Origin: an uncultured Bacilli bacterium
GTDB lineage: Bacteria > Bacillota_I > Bacilli_A > RF39 > UBA660
Reading direction: 5' to 3'
NCBI GenBank assembly: GCA_944350345.1
Contig: CALVOP010000003.1
Span: forward strand, 22,483-86,482
Length of the DNA stretch: 64,000 nt
The notes under the pieces are model-generated. The model had not been told where the DNA came from, ran no database searches, and saw only the letters and a list, made by a program, of their open reading frames with translations. Made by a program: the position numbers and the translations under genes. Positions 20,081-31,302 of this stretch are shown here, piece by piece (the first letter of the stretch is position 1; each line of letters begins with the position of its first letter).

Positions 20081-20673
20081 AAGAATTAAAAGAATTTTTA
20101 AAAACTAAAAGCTTTGTAATTAATTCTAGTGTATTAAAAAACATATGTAATTTAGATATAAGTTTAAAAGAATTCATTTTAATTTTATATTTTATAAATA
20201 TAGACAACCATTTGGATTTAGAAAACATAAAAAAATACATAGATTTAGGTGATGAAGAGGTATTAAATATATATACATCGCTAATTAACAAAGGCTTAAT
20301 TGAGACAAAACTTAACAAAAATGGGACTACAATAGAAGAAGAAGTAAGTTTAGATTTATTCTATGATAAATTAATATTAAATAAAAAAGAAGAAAAAAAA
20401 GAAACTGATATATTTGAAGTATTTGAAAGCGAATTTGGACGCACATTAAGCCCAATAGAATACGAAACAATAAATACATGGTTAGATAGCAATATTGACG
20501 AAGAAACCATCAAAAGTGCATTAAAAGAAGCTGTGTTAAACGGAGTAACCAATTTAAAATACATAAACAGTATTTTATATGAATGGACAAAGAAAGGCAT
20601 TAAAAATAAGTCATTAGAAGAAACAAAAGATTTTAAAGATTTATTTGATTATGATTGGCTAAAAGATGAATAG
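20077..20673 (+). CDS. dnaD: DnaD replication protein
   Basis: FESEFGRTLSPIE, ALKEAV, YINSILYEW; cca-dnaD-nth synteny. Confidence 0.9.
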   Translation: MKELKEFLKTKSFVINSSVLKNICNLDISLKEFILILYFINIDNHLDLENIKKYIDLGDEEVLNIYTSLINKGLIETKLNKNGTTIEEEVSLDLFYDKLILNKKEEKKETDIFEVFESEFGRTLSPIEYETINTWLDSNIDEETIKSALKEAVLNGVTNLKYINSILYEWTKKGIKNKSLEETKDFKDLFDYDWLKDE

Positions 20674-21289
20674 TAAAGAAATATCAGAAATTTTAGATAA
20701 TTACATTCCTAATCCAAAATGTGAACTAGAGTTTAACAAAGACTATGAATTAGTACTAGCAGTGATGTTAAGTGCACAGACAACGGACAAAAGAGTAAAC
20801 ATGGTGACAAAAGAATTATTTAAAGAATATGATTCATTAGAAAAATTAAACGAGTTATCTATTAAAGAAATAGAAGACAAAATAAAAACCATTGGTATGT
20901 ATAGACAAAAAGCAAAACATTTCAAAAACATAGTTAATGAATTATCAAAAATAGGATACGTACCAAATGATAGAAAGTATTTAGAAAGTTTAAGTGGAGT
21001 AGGCAGAAAAAGCACTAACGTTGTGCTTGCAGTTTTATATAATGAGCCATGCATAGCAGTTGATACACATGTGACAAGAGTAAGCAAAAGACTTGGACTA
21101 GCGGATGAAAAAGATGATGTTTTAAAAATAGAACAAAAACTTATGAAATTTTTTCCAAAAGAATTATGGACGAAAATACATTACCAATTAGTTTTATTTG
21201 GCAGGTACCGTTGTTTAGCAAAGAAACCGCTATGTGATAACTGTAAATTCAAACAAATTTGTACATATAAAAAGAGTTCAAATAAATGA
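20666..21289 (+). CDS. nth: Endonuclease III
   Basis: LSAQTTD, HhH motif, VDTHV, C-terminal 4Fe-4S Cys cluster. Confidence 0.95.
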   Translation: MNSKEISEILDNYIPNPKCELEFNKDYELVLAVMLSAQTTDKRVNMVTKELFKEYDSLEKLNELSIKEIEDKIKTIGMYRQKAKHFKNIVNELSKIGYVPNDRKYLESLSGVGRKSTNVVLAVLYNEPCIAVDTHVTRVSKRLGLADEKDDVLKIEQKLMKFFPKELWTKIHYQLVLFGRYRCLAKKPLCDNCKFKQICTYKKSSNK

Positions 21290-21295
21290 ACTCTT

Positions 21296-24145
21296 TTATT
21301 CTATATAAATGCTTCTACCTTCACTACTATAAGTAACACCCAAGTATGTAACATGATAAGTTATTTGATACCAACCTTTTTGAGAAGTATCTATATCAGA
21401 TACACTATTCAACGTTTCGTTAGAAACTCTATCTTTAATAGTCATAGTAATGGTACTTTTATCAATAGTTTCAGTAACATCTAACCCGTTTACAATTACT
21501 TTAATCGTATTTACACTGACGTCCGGAATAGTACCACCTATACTTATTGTCGGATGAATTTTGCCAATACCCTCTAGAGCTAAAAGTTCAATATCAACTT
21601 CAGTAGCAGAACCGGTAATAGCTTTAGTCATACCATTACTAGCATTATCCTTAAATTTACTATATGCACTTTTAACCATAACCTCATTATATCCTGAAGT
21701 ATTACTAATAGTATAAGTTGTATCAGTTGTAAATCCGACATATTTCAAAGTATCGCCATTTTTTAAATAAATATCAAATCCAAAAGTACCCATATATGTA
21801 TTGTTGTATTGTAATCTCAAATTGTAATATTTATCTGCATATTTTCCATAATTAGTATTAAAGTAATCTCTCAAATATTCTTCAGTAGAAACTTCTGGAA
21901 CACCAGGAGAAGTCCAGCTCAAAGTAGCACCACTACTAGTTTCAATAACATTTAAATCAGTAGGATCAGAAAGTTTAGCAAATCTAGGAGAAACTTCAGA
22001 TGGTTCAGTACCCTTAATAAACAAGTGTGTTTCTACTAAATCATCAGGTGTATACTCACTAGCCAACTGAGCAGGTATAGTTTCAAGTTCAACTTTTACA
22101 GAACTTATACCTCCTGGATTAGTAAACTTAGAATTTTTTTCAAATAAATTGTTTAAAAGTACACCTTGAATTTTATTTCTATTGCTTGACGATGAACCCA
22201 TTGTATTATAGTATTCGCTATATAATTCATCATAACCATACCAGAATGATAAAGTATAATCAGGACTATAAGTTGCTACCCATGAGTCACGTATTGTGCT
22301 AGATGGAACACCATATTCTTTAAGAGCCTCATCATCATAACTACTTGTGCCAGTTTTAGTTGCAACCTGTGTACCACTTACTCTTACACTTGAAGGTGTT
22401 ACATTAAATAGTATGTTAGTTATCATATATGCCGTTTGAGGTGACATTACTTTTTCACGCTTGTGTTTAGGTTCTACAACTTCACCAGTATCTCTATAAA
22501 CAATTTTAGTTACAGTATATGGTTCAGTGAAATATCCACCATTAGCAAACGCAGAATAAGCACCGGCAAGTTCGGAAGGAGTAACACCATTAAATGCTCC
22601 AACTGCATGGGCTTCGTGTAGATATCCATCAGTTGTTTCTGGAGTAATACCTAGAGAAGTAGCAAAATCATATTTTAAATTATTATCTATTGCTTGGAAA
22701 GCTTGAAGTGCAATAGTATTTTTACTCTTATATAAAGCATATTTTAAAGTGACTAGTCCTTCGTACTGACTATTCCAGTTCGAAATAACTTGACCACTTG
22801 AATAAGCTACATCATTTTCATCAAAGAATGGAGTATAAGTAGACCATTTTAAATATTCAATACCTGGTCCATATTCAAATATTGGTTTAGCAGTAGATCC
22901 AGGATGACTATCTATTTCAGTTGCATAGTTAAATCCTAATGCACGATCTTTATTTCTACCAGCACCGACAGCTATCATCGCACCAGTATCATTATCTAGC
23001 ATACTTATACCAACTTGTATTTTTTCATCTTTAAATTCATAACCTAATTCTTCATTGTAGAATTTATTAATAATATCTTGTTTACCTTTATCAATAGTAC
23101 TATAAATTTCCATTGAAACATCATAAGGACTAACATCATATTTATTTATTATTTCTTTAACAACAGTATCAACAGCTCCTTGATATTCACTCACAGAAGA
23201 AGCACTAGAATTAACTAACAAATCTTTAATATGAGTACTTTTAGCTGTTTCGCATTCTTCTTTAGTTATATAACCATGTCTTAACATCAAATTTAAAACA
23301 ACATTTTTTCTAGCATCAGCATTATCAGGATAAACATAAGGGTCATATGCAGTAGGAGCCTGGAACAATCCAGCAATCATTGCAGCTTCAGGAAGAGATA
23401 AATCACTAACACTTTTGCCAAAATAAACTTGAGAAGCTTGCTCAACACCAAAAGCACCGCTACCTAAAAAAGGTCCGTTTACGTAAAACTCAATAATTTC
23501 ATTTTTAGTATAATTCTTTTCAACTTTAAATACTGCCATATAAATATCAGTAAATTTTCTTATTATACCTTCAATACCAGTAGAGACATTATCAGTCCAT
23601 GTATTTTTAACAACTTGCATTGTCAAAGTAGAAGCCCCACCTGCATCAGAATTACCCATAAGTTGACCAACAGATGCTTTCAAAAATCTAAACAAGTCAA
23701 AACCATTATGCTGAAAAAATCTAGCGTCTTCAGTTGCAATTAAAGCATCAATGAACACTTGACTTAACTCATCATATGTAACCTTTTCACGTTTTTCAAC
23801 TGTATCATCACCAACACTAGTACCTAATGTTGCCATTATTTCACCATTAGAGAAATATATAATTGACGCTTCTTTTTCATATAACTTATCTGGATCAAAA
23901 GCAGGAGCCTTAAAAATAATATAAGCACCAAATGCAATCACAGCTAGCAAGAAAAGAATAGCCAAACCAGTTATTGCTATTAAAATATAATAACCAACTC
24001 TAGAATTTTTCTTTTTCTTTTCTTTTTTAGTTTTCTTAACTTTCTTGCTTTCTCTTTCTTCCTTATCAGCCTTAAGTTTGGCTTTTATTTTACTTCCTTT
24101 ATTTCTAATCTTATTAAAATTAATTTTATTCTTTAAACTTGTCAT
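21296..24145 (-). CDS. ponA: Class A penicillin-binding protein PBP1A
   Basis: TEDARF, GASTLTMQ, RKFTD, STAK, SKN, KTGT; C-terminal FN3/Ig-like extension. Confidence 0.92.
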   Translation of the reverse strand: MTSLKNKINFNKIRNKGSKIKAKLKADKEERESKKVKKTKKEKKKKNSRVGYYILIAITGLAILFLLAVIAFGAYIIFKAPAFDPDKLYEKEASIIYFSNGEIMATLGTSVGDDTVEKREKVTYDELSQVFIDALIATEDARFFQHNGFDLFRFLKASVGQLMGNSDAGGASTLTMQVVKNTWTDNVSTGIEGIIRKFTDIYMAVFKVEKNYTKNEIIEFYVNGPFLGSGAFGVEQASQVYFGKSVSDLSLPEAAMIAGLFQAPTAYDPYVYPDNADARKNVVLNLMLRHGYITKEECETAKSTHIKDLLVNSSASSVSEYQGAVDTVVKEIINKYDVSPYDVSMEIYSTIDKGKQDIINKFYNEELGYEFKDEKIQVGISMLDNDTGAMIAVGAGRNKDRALGFNYATEIDSHPGSTAKPIFEYGPGIEYLKWSTYTPFFDENDVAYSSGQVISNWNSQYEGLVTLKYALYKSKNTIALQAFQAIDNNLKYDFATSLGITPETTDGYLHEAHAVGAFNGVTPSELAGAYSAFANGGYFTEPYTVTKIVYRDTGEVVEPKHKREKVMSPQTAYMITNILFNVTPSSVRVSGTQVATKTGTSSYDDEALKEYGVPSSTIRDSWVATYSPDYTLSFWYGYDELYSEYYNTMGSSSSNRNKIQGVLLNNLFEKNSKFTNPGGISSVKVELETIPAQLASEYTPDDLVETHLFIKGTEPSEVSPRFAKLSDPTDLNVIETSSGATLSWTSPGVPEVSTEEYLRDYFNTNYGKYADKYYNLRLQYNNTYMGTFGFDIYLKNGDTLKYVGFTTDTTYTISNTSGYNEVMVKSAYSKFKDNASNGMTKAITGSATEVDIELLALEGIGKIHPTISIGGTIPDVSVNTIKVIVNGLDVTETIDKSTITMTIKDRVSNETLNSVSDIDTSQKGWYQITYHVTYLGVTYSSEGRSIYIE

Positions 24146-24681
24146 AATTCACTCCTTATTAATTCATCAACAATTTTTAGATAATCAATTCTTGGAAAAT
24201 ACTTTTCAGGAATTTTATGTCCGTTACTTTGTATAAACTCAAATGGAATACTTTTTCTATCATTATTATATATATATTCTAGAAGAACTTTACCTTCCAA
24301 CAAATAAAACGCATTATTCATAAAGATTATTAAAAAAGTAATTCCACCATGCCTAATTATATTATCGATATGATTTAACTGATGCTTTTTAATATTTGAA
24401 AGAGGAAAACTAGTTGTACTTTTACACTCCTTTGCATCAAATTCAATATATTTTCCTTTATAAATACCATTATAATCTAGAGTAGACGTATGAGCATAAA
24501 CAGCCTTATCGATTATAGTAGTCTTCTTACTCCTATAACACACATTAAGCACTTTAATAGGTGTAGGCTTCTTATAAATAACAGCAATATCCTTAGATAA
24601 ATAATAAGTATTAACGTCATTTATAATATTCTCAAGCCACATTCCGCGGTTACTATAAATTGATTTAGTCTTAATTGCCAT
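24142..24681 (-). CDS. recU: Holliday junction resolvase RecU
   Basis: NRGM, KKPTPI, DYNGIYKGKYIEFDAKE, HQ. Confidence 0.95.
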   Translation of the reverse strand: MAIKTKSIYSNRGMWLENIINDVNTYYLSKDIAVIYKKPTPIKVLNVCYRSKKTTIIDKAVYAHTSTLDYNGIYKGKYIEFDAKECKSTTSFPLSNIKKHQLNHIDNIIRHGGITFLIIFMNNAFYLLEGKVLLEYIYNNDRKSIPFEFIQSNGHKIPEKYFPRIDYLKIVDELIRSEL

Positions 24682-24819
24682 TTAGTCCACCTAACTAATT
24701 ATACTATATTTTTTAGGAAATATCTATTTTACAAACATTTGACAACGGAATAATGTCAAGCAAAAATAATTTGTCTTTTCAAAAAAAGTATGTTAAAATA
24801 CTAATTGGCTTTAAAAAAT

Positions 24820-24893
24820 AAACACTTTTATGGATTTTATTTACCAGTGCTCATAGAATATGAGTGTAAATATTTAGAAATAAAAGGGTGTAA
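24820..24893 (+). promoter_or_regulatory. Structured rpsB 5' leader (probable S2 autoregulatory element)
   Basis: ACACTTTT...AAGGGTGT closing stem with inner GCTCATA/TATGAGT hairpin directly upstream of rpsB. Confidence 0.45.
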
Positions 24894-24913
24894 TAACGAA
24901 GGGAGAGATTTAT

Positions 24914-25858
24914 ATGGCAGTAGTGTCAAAAAGTTATTTATTAGAAGCAGGTGTTCATTTCGGACATCAAACAAAAAGATGGAATCCAAAAATGAAGGAG
25001 TACATTTTTACATCAAGAGACGACATTTATATTATTGACTTACAAAAAACAGTTGAAAAACTTGAAGAAGCATACGCCGAATTATTTAAAGCCACACAAA
25101 ACGGTGGAAAAGTGTTATTTGTAGGTACAAAAAAACAAGCTCAAGAAGCAAGTATTGAAGAAGCAAAAAGATGCAAAGGATATTATGTAACTGAGCGTTG
25201 GTTAGGAGGAACACTTACTAACTTTAAAACAATTAAAGAAAGAATCAATAGACTTTCAGAAATTGAAGAACTTGAAAAGAAAGGAACATTAGAACTTTTA
25301 CCAAAAAAAGAAGCAGCTAAGATTAAAAAAGAATACGACAAACTTAATAAAATATTATGCGGTATAAGAGAAATGAATAGATTACCACAAGCAGTTGTAA
25401 TCGTAGATCCAAGAGTTGAAATAAATGCAATTAGAGAAGCAAGAAAACTAGGAATTCCAGTATTTGGAATAGTTGATACAAACTCAGACCCAGACGATGT
25501 AGACTTTGTAATACCAGGTAACGATGATGCAGTAAGAAGCGTTAAAGTAATACTTGGAGTTTTAGCAAATGCTGTTTGTGAAGCAAATGGTTTACCACTT
25601 GACGACTATATAACAGAAGATAGTGAAATTAAGCCAAAAAAGAATGAAAATAAAGTAGAAATAGAAGTTATAGAAAAAGAAGTTGAGTCAAAAGAAAATA
25701 CTGAAGAAGAAATAGTTAATGAAGAAGTAAAAGCAGAAAAAGAAGAAGTTGACTTAGATAGTATGAAATTAGCTGAATTAAAAGCATTAGCTAAAGAAAA
25801 AGGAATAAAAGGCTATTCATCAATGAAAAAAGAAGAATTAATAAAAAAATTAAAGTAA
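24914..25858 (+). CDS. rpsB: 30S ribosomal protein S2 with acidic linker and C-terminal Rho_N-like domain
   Basis: [25 protein letters not shown]; C-terminus [32 protein letters not shown]. Confidence 0.97.
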   Translation: MAVVSKSYLLEAGVHFGHQTKRWNPKMKEYIFTSRDDIYIIDLQKTVEKLEEAYAELFKATQNGGKVLFVGTKKQAQEASIEEAKRCKGYYVTERWLGGTLTNFKTIKERINRLSEIEELEKKGTLELLPKKEAAKIKKEYDKLNKILCGIREMNRLPQAVVIVDPRVEINAIREARKLGIPVFGIVDTNSDPDDVDFVIPGNDDAVRSVKVILGVLANAVCEANGLPLDDYITEDSEIKPKKNENKVEIEVIEKEVESKENTEEEIVNEEVKAEKEEVDLDSMKLAELKALAKEKGIKGYSSMKKEELIKKLK

Positions 25859-25870
25859 AGAGGTGCTATT

Positions 25871-26746
25871 ATGGAGATAAACGCTAGTCTTGTAAAAGAA
25901 TTAAGAGAAATAACAGGTGCTGGAATGATGGACTGCAAAAAAGCATTAGTAGAATGCAACGGAGACATCGATAAAAGCATAGATTATTTAAGAGAAAAAG
26001 GTATCAGCAAAGCTGCAAAAAAAGCAGATAGAATTGCTGCAGAAGGATTATCAAATATATATATAAATGGTAACAACGCTGTAGTAATAGAAGTTAATTC
26101 TGAAACAGATTTCGTAGCAAAAAATGATGAATTTAAAACAATGGTAGACAAAATTGGTAATGCAATTTTAAGTAGTGATGTTAAAACAGTTGAAGAAGCA
26201 TTAGAATTAAACATTGATGGAACTACAATTAATGATTTAATAGTAAATGAAACAGCTACGATTGGCGAAAAATTAAGTTTAAGAAGATTTGAAAAAATAA
26301 CAAAAAATGACGATGAAACTTTTGGAGCATACTTACATATGGGTGGAAAAATTTCATCATTAGTTGTAATAAAAGGTGCGAGCGAAGAAGTAGCAAAAGA
26401 TGTAGCAATGCAAGCAGCAGCAATGCGTCCTGAATATATTGACAAAGACTCAGTTCCTGCTGAAGTAGTAGAACATGAAAAAAACATACTAAAAGAACAA
26501 GCATTAAGCGAAGGAAAACCTCAAGAATTTGTTGAAAAAATAATAACAGGTAGACTAGAAAAATTTTATGCTGAAGTATGTTTAGTATTACAAACTTTTG
26601 TCAAAGACAGCGATTTAACTATAAGACAATATTTAGATAAAAATAATTCAGATATTGTAGCATTAGTTAGATATGAAGTTGGCGAAGGTATGGAAAAAAG
26701 AAATGACAACTTTGCTGAAGAAGTAAGGAGTCAACTAAATAATTAG
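25871..26746 (+). CDS. tsf: Elongation factor Ts
   Basis: VKELREITGAGMMDCKKAL, NSETDFVAKN. Confidence 0.98.
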   Translation: MEINASLVKELREITGAGMMDCKKALVECNGDIDKSIDYLREKGISKAAKKADRIAAEGLSNIYINGNNAVVIEVNSETDFVAKNDEFKTMVDKIGNAILSSDVKTVEEALELNIDGTTINDLIVNETATIGEKLSLRRFEKITKNDDETFGAYLHMGGKISSLVVIKGASEEVAKDVAMQAAAMRPEYIDKDSVPAEVVEHEKNILKEQALSEGKPQEFVEKIITGRLEKFYAEVCLVLQTFVKDSDLTIRQYLDKNNSDIVALVRYEVGEGMEKRNDNFAEEVRSQLNN

Positions 26747-26755
26747 TGATTAGTC

Positions 26756-27352
26756 ATGAAAAAAAATAGAAAAAAAGGAATGGCAATGCTAGTTGTTGCC
26801 ATCTTTCTTTTGTTAATAATCATAAACTTTGAGAGTTTAAGAAATACAGATGAAAACCTATTACTTAGTTTTAATAGTTCACACACATCATATAAAAAAG
26901 TAAAAGGCGAAGTATTTGACATATTAACTGAAGATGCAGTAATAATATTTACAAGTGATGATACAGAAGCAAAAGAAGCAAAACGAATTTTATATAATGC
27001 GGCGGTAATAAATGATTATAGACCAATTTACGAAGTGGATTTAACTGCAGAGGAAATAGAAATAGAACTTGTAGATAATAAAAACATAAATATAACAAAA
27101 GAACCAACCGAATTTTACAAAAAACTTTTGAGTGAATTAGGATCATTTTCTGAAGTATATGCTATAAAAAATGATTTTGGAGAGTACATAAATACAGGTT
27201 ACCAAAAAATATATACACCATTAGTTGTATTTGTAAAAGACGGCAACATTTTATATTCTCTTTACTTAAGTCAAGACGAAGAGATAAGTGATGAAGAGTT
27301 AAAAGAAATATATTTATATGGATTTAAATTACTAAATGATGAGAATGCCTAA
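26756..27352 (+). CDS. Membrane-anchored hypothetical protein (possible thioredoxin-like fold without CxxC)
   Basis: N-terminal TM; TPLVVFVKDG pattern. Confidence 0.55.
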   Translation: MKKNRKKGMAMLVVAIFLLLIIINFESLRNTDENLLLSFNSSHTSYKKVKGEVFDILTEDAVIIFTSDDTEAKEAKRILYNAAVINDYRPIYEVDLTAEEIEIELVDNKNINITKEPTEFYKKLLSELGSFSEVYAIKNDFGEYINTGYQKIYTPLVVFVKDGNILYSLYLSQDEEISDEELKEIYLYGFKLLNDENA

Positions 27353-27450
27353 AAGGCATTTTTTTATTTGTCATAAAAAATGTAAAGTTTAATAAAAAAA
27401 ACAAAAAAAGCCAAAAAAATATTTACAATAAAAACTAAAAATAGTAATAT

Positions 27451-27487
27451 AGTGGTAGATAGTGGCAAGATGTGGAAGAAAGTGGGG
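27451..27487 (+). promoter_or_regulatory. MraZ-binding repeats
   Basis: GTGG at 27452, 27462, 27472 and 27482 (10-bp period) upstream of mraZ. Confidence 0.85.
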
Positions 27488-27494
27488 AATGGTA

Positions 27495-27923
27495 ATGTTT
27501 ATAGGCGAGTTTCATCATAACATAGATGATAAAGGCAGACTCATAATTCCATCAAAATTCAGGTGCGAATTAGGAGAAAAGTTTATAATTACTCGTGGAT
27601 TAGATAAATGTTTGTTTATATATTCAATGAACGAATGGGAAAACATTACCAAAAAACTTCAAACACTTCCATTCACTAAAAAGGATGCCAGAAATTTTTC
27701 AAGATTCTTTTTAAGTGGCGCTACTGAATGTGAATTCGATAAACAAGGTCGAATCCTAATTACCTCACCTTTAGTTCATTACGCCAATTTAGTACAAAAA
27801 TGTGTAATAATTGGCGTAAATGAACGAATTGAAGTTTGGGATGAAGAAGAATTTAACAAATTCCTAAACGACAACGAAGAGCAGTTTAGTGAAATTGCAG
27901 AAAATCTATTTACTCAGGAGTAA
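27495..27923 (+). CDS. mraZ: Transcriptional regulator MraZ
   Basis: [25 protein letters not shown]. Confidence 0.96.
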   Translation: MFIGEFHHNIDDKGRLIIPSKFRCELGEKFIITRGLDKCLFIYSMNEWENITKKLQTLPFTKKDARNFSRFFLSGATECEFDKQGRILITSPLVHYANLVQKCVIIGVNERIEVWDEEEFNKFLNDNEEQFSEIAENLFTQE

Positions 27924-27925
27924 AA

Positions 27926-28822
27926 ATGCATATAAGTGTATTATTAAACGAATCAATCGAATCACTAAATATTAAAGGTAATGGGAAATACATAGATGCG
28001 ACACTTGGTTATGCAGGTCACTCTAGTGAAATCCTAAGGAGGTTAGAAAAAGAGGGGTTCCTTTTCGCCTTTGATCAAGATGAAGAAGCAGTAAAATTTA
28101 GCACAGAAAAGCTAAATAAAATTAACAGTAACTTTAAAATCTTTCACACAAATTTTAAAAATATGAAAGAATACATCGACGAAAAAGTTGATGGGATACT
28201 ATTTGACTTAGGAGTAAGTAGCCCACAACTAGATGAAACAGAAAGAGGATTTAGTTACCACAATGATGCACCATTAGATATGAGAATGGACAAAAGACAA
28301 AAATTAACCGCTTACGATGTAGTAAATAATTATAATCTAGAAAAACTTATAAAAATATTTTACGAATACGGAGAAGAAAAATATTCAAGAAATATAGCAA
28401 GAGAAATCATAAAAAATAGACCAATAAACACTACATTAGAACTAGCAGAAATAATAAAGTCAAGCGTTCCAGAAAAATATAGAAATAGTGCACATCCAGC
28501 AAGAAAAGTATTTCAAGCTATAAGAATTGAAGTTAATCAAGAATTAGAAATACTCGAACAAGCTTTATTAGATGCATTTTCGCTATTAAATAGCGGAGGA
28601 AGAATATCAGTAATAACATTTCATTCACTAGAAGACAGAATAGTAAAAAATGTATTTAAAAAACTAACAGAAGAAGATGAAGTTAGCAAAAAATTGCCAA
28701 CTACAAAAACAAATCAAAAAGCAAAATTAATAACGAAAAAACCAATTATTCCTAGTGAAGAAGAATTAGAAGAAAATAGAAGAAGTAGAAGTGCAAAACT
28801 AAGAGTAATTGAAAAAATATAA
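27926..28822 (+). CDS. rsmH: 16S rRNA m4C1402 methyltransferase
   Basis: HISVLL, DATLGYAGHS, DLGVSSPQLD, FHSLEDR, RSRSAKLR. Confidence 0.97.
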   Translation: MHISVLLNESIESLNIKGNGKYIDATLGYAGHSSEILRRLEKEGFLFAFDQDEEAVKFSTEKLNKINSNFKIFHTNFKNMKEYIDEKVDGILFDLGVSSPQLDETERGFSYHNDAPLDMRMDKRQKLTAYDVVNNYNLEKLIKIFYEYGEEKYSRNIAREIIKNRPINTTLELAEIIKSSVPEKYRNSAHPARKVFQAIRIEVNQELEILEQALLDAFSLLNSGGRISVITFHSLEDRIVKNVFKKLTEEDEVSKKLPTTKTNQKAKLITKKPIIPSEEELEENRRSRSAKLRVIEKI

Positions 28823-28834
28823 AGGAGAATAAAA

Positions 28835-29122
28835 ATGGCTAGAAAAAGAGTAATTACATTAAAAGGAGAAAAAGTATTATATGTTTTAATTGGACTATTA
28901 ATAGTTTTAAACGTCTTAGGTCAATCTTTTTCTATGGCCTTATTAAGTAAAACAAACATTGAAGTTGAAAGCATGAGAACAAAGATAGAAAAGCAAGAAA
29001 ACTTAAATGCAAGTTTAGAAATGAAAATAAACGAATTAGCATCTCTTGACAATATTCAAAGTGTTGCATACGCATACGGATTAGAGTATAATAATGATAA
29101 CATTAGAGTAATTGAAGAGTGA
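28835..29122 (+). CDS. ftsL: Cell division protein FtsL
   Basis: TM plus coiled coil, located between rsmH and a PBP gene. Confidence 0.8.
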   Translation: MARKRVITLKGEKVLYVLIGLLIVLNVLGQSFSMALLSKTNIEVESMRTKIEKQENLNASLEMKINELASLDNIQSVAYAYGLEYNNDNIRVIEE

Positions 29123-29132
29123 GGTGCAATAA

Positions 29133-31268
29133 ATGAGTAAAGCAAGAACCATTAGAATAAATCGCGTTTTTTTGATGGTTGTTGTTTTTTTGTTTGCACT
29201 TATAATTGCTAAATTAGTATATGTAGGATTAAGCCCCGTAGTAGATGGAGTAAATATCAAAGAATTTGCAGATAGTAGGAATACAAAAAAAGAAACCATA
29301 GTTGCTAATAGAGGAACAATATATGATTCAAATGGAGAAATATTAGCCCAAAACGTAAATAGTTATACCGTCATAGCGTACCTAAGTGAATCAAGAACAA
29401 CTGATCCAGAAAATCCCTACCATGTTGTAGACAAAGAAAAAACAGCAAAATTACTATCTCCCATAATAAACATGACAGAAGAAAGAATATTAGAACTATT
29501 AAATTATGATGCATACCAAGTAGAACTAGGTCCAGGTGGAAGAGGATTAACGGAACTAGTAAAAGAAGAGATAGAAGCATTAGATTTGCCAGGAATAGAC
29601 TTTATAAAAAGTACAAAAAGATACTATCCAAATGCCGACTTCTTGTCATATACTATAGGATATGCAAAAACAGACGAATCAAACAATGTTATAGGAGAGT
29701 TAGGAATTGAACTATACTATAACGAGATACTAACTGGTAAAAATGGTTATAAAGAATACCAATCAGATATGTATGGATACCAAATAGCAAACACTGAACC
29801 ACTCATAGAAGAAGCAGAAGACGGAAATGACATATACCTAACAATAGATACAAACATTCAAATGTTTATAGAACAAGCGATGAACACATTAACTGAATAC
29901 GGTGTTGACTGGGCATCAATAAGTATAACAAATGCAAAAACAGGAGAGATATTAGGAATAAGCTCTTCTCCAAGCTTTGATCCAAACATAAAAGACATCG
30001 AATCATATTACGATCCATTCGTATCATATACATACGAGCCAGGTTCAACAATGAAGATATTTAGTTTTATGGCAGCAATAGAAAACGGATTATATGATGG
30101 AGAAGAATTATATAATAGTGGACAGTTGACGATTGGAGAAGACAAAGTAACAGATTGGAACACATACGGATGGGGAAAAATATCATTCAATCGAGGATTC
30201 TATGCTTCCAGTAACGTCGCCGCAACATTACTCGCACAAAGACTTGGAAGAGACAAATTAAAAGACTTTTACGAATCACTAGGATACGGAAAAATAACAG
30301 GAATAAATTTGCCCGAAGAACAAACAGGTGTCATAAATTTCAAATATGACATTGAAGTAGCCAATGCGGCTTTCGGTCAAGGAATGAGTGTAACACCAAT
30401 TCAAATGGTACAAGCACTCACATCATTAGCAAATAATGGAACAGTAATCAAGCCATACATAGTAGATAAAATTATGGACGGAGACGAAATAGTATATGAA
30501 GGAAAAAGAGAAGAAGTAAGAAAAGTAGCAAGTCCAGAAACAATAAAACAAGTATTAGAACTAATGAATGGAGTAGTAAATTCAGAAGACAGCATAGCAA
30601 CAGGAACAAGTTACAAAGTAGATTTTGTCAATTTAGCAGGAAAAACAGGAACCGCGCAGATAGCTAGCTCGAGCGGTGGATACATGACAGGATATTATGA
30701 CAACATAAGAAGTTTTGCAGGAGTATTTCCATATGAAGATCCAGAAATAATAGTATATGCAGTTGTAAGAAGACTAACAGACACATCACTACTACCAGAA
30801 TCTGTAAAAGCACTAGTAGAAGATGTATCAACTTATTTAAATATAACTAGCACTGATATAGTAAAAGAAGAAGGGACATACGAAGTAGATAGTTTCATTA
30901 ACACTATAACTAAAGAAACAAAAGAAGATTTAGAAAACAACGATTTCGAAGTTATTGCAATAGGAGACGGAAGCGTAGTAATAGATCAGTACCCTAAAAA
31001 AGGAACCACAATAAATGAGAAAGACAAAATATTTCTACTAACAAACGGGACTAACAAAACATATCCAGATATGACAAATTGGTCGAGAAGTGATGTAACA
31101 TCATTTGCGAACTTAATAGGGTTATCAGTAACATTTGATGGATATGGTTACGTAAAAAGTATGACGTCAAAAATAGGAGAAACAATAAACCTAAACCAAA
31201 CATTAAAAGTATCTCTTGAACCAATTTACAATTTAGAAGAGAGTCTAACAGAAAACGACAAAGAATGA
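29133..31268 (+). CDS. pbpB: Division class B PBP with PASTA domains
   Basis: EPGSTMK, SSN, KTGTAQ, PASTA repeats; dcw synteny. Confidence 0.85.
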   Translation: MSKARTIRINRVFLMVVVFLFALIIAKLVYVGLSPVVDGVNIKEFADSRNTKKETIVANRGTIYDSNGEILAQNVNSYTVIAYLSESRTTDPENPYHVVDKEKTAKLLSPIINMTEERILELLNYDAYQVELGPGGRGLTELVKEEIEALDLPGIDFIKSTKRYYPNADFLSYTIGYAKTDESNNVIGELGIELYYNEILTGKNGYKEYQSDMYGYQIANTEPLIEEAEDGNDIYLTIDTNIQMFIEQAMNTLTEYGVDWASISITNAKTGEILGISSSPSFDPNIKDIESYYDPFVSYTYEPGSTMKIFSFMAAIENGLYDGEELYNSGQLTIGEDKVTDWNTYGWGKISFNRGFYASSNVAATLLAQRLGRDKLKDFYESLGYGKITGINLPEEQTGVINFKYDIEVANAAFGQGMSVTPIQMVQALTSLANNGTVIKPYIVDKIMDGDEIVYEGKREEVRKVASPETIKQVLELMNGVVNSEDSIATGTSYKVDFVNLAGKTGTAQIASSSGGYMTGYYDNIRSFAGVFPYEDPEIIVYAVVRRLTDTSLLPESVKALVEDVSTYLNITSTDIVKEEGTYEVDSFINTITKETKEDLENNDFEVIAIGDGSVVIDQYPKKGTTINEKDKIFLLTNGTNKTYPDMTNWSRSDVTSFANLIGLSVTFDGYGYVKSMTSKIGETINLNQTLKVSLEPIYNLEESLTENDKE

Positions 31269-31302
31269 CAAGAATATAATGTATTCTAGTAATGGTGATA
31301 TT

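Noticed and set aside
24805-25038. 77-aa ORF overlapping the rpsB leader and start
   Set aside because: TTG start without RBS, out of frame with rpsB; explained by the leader
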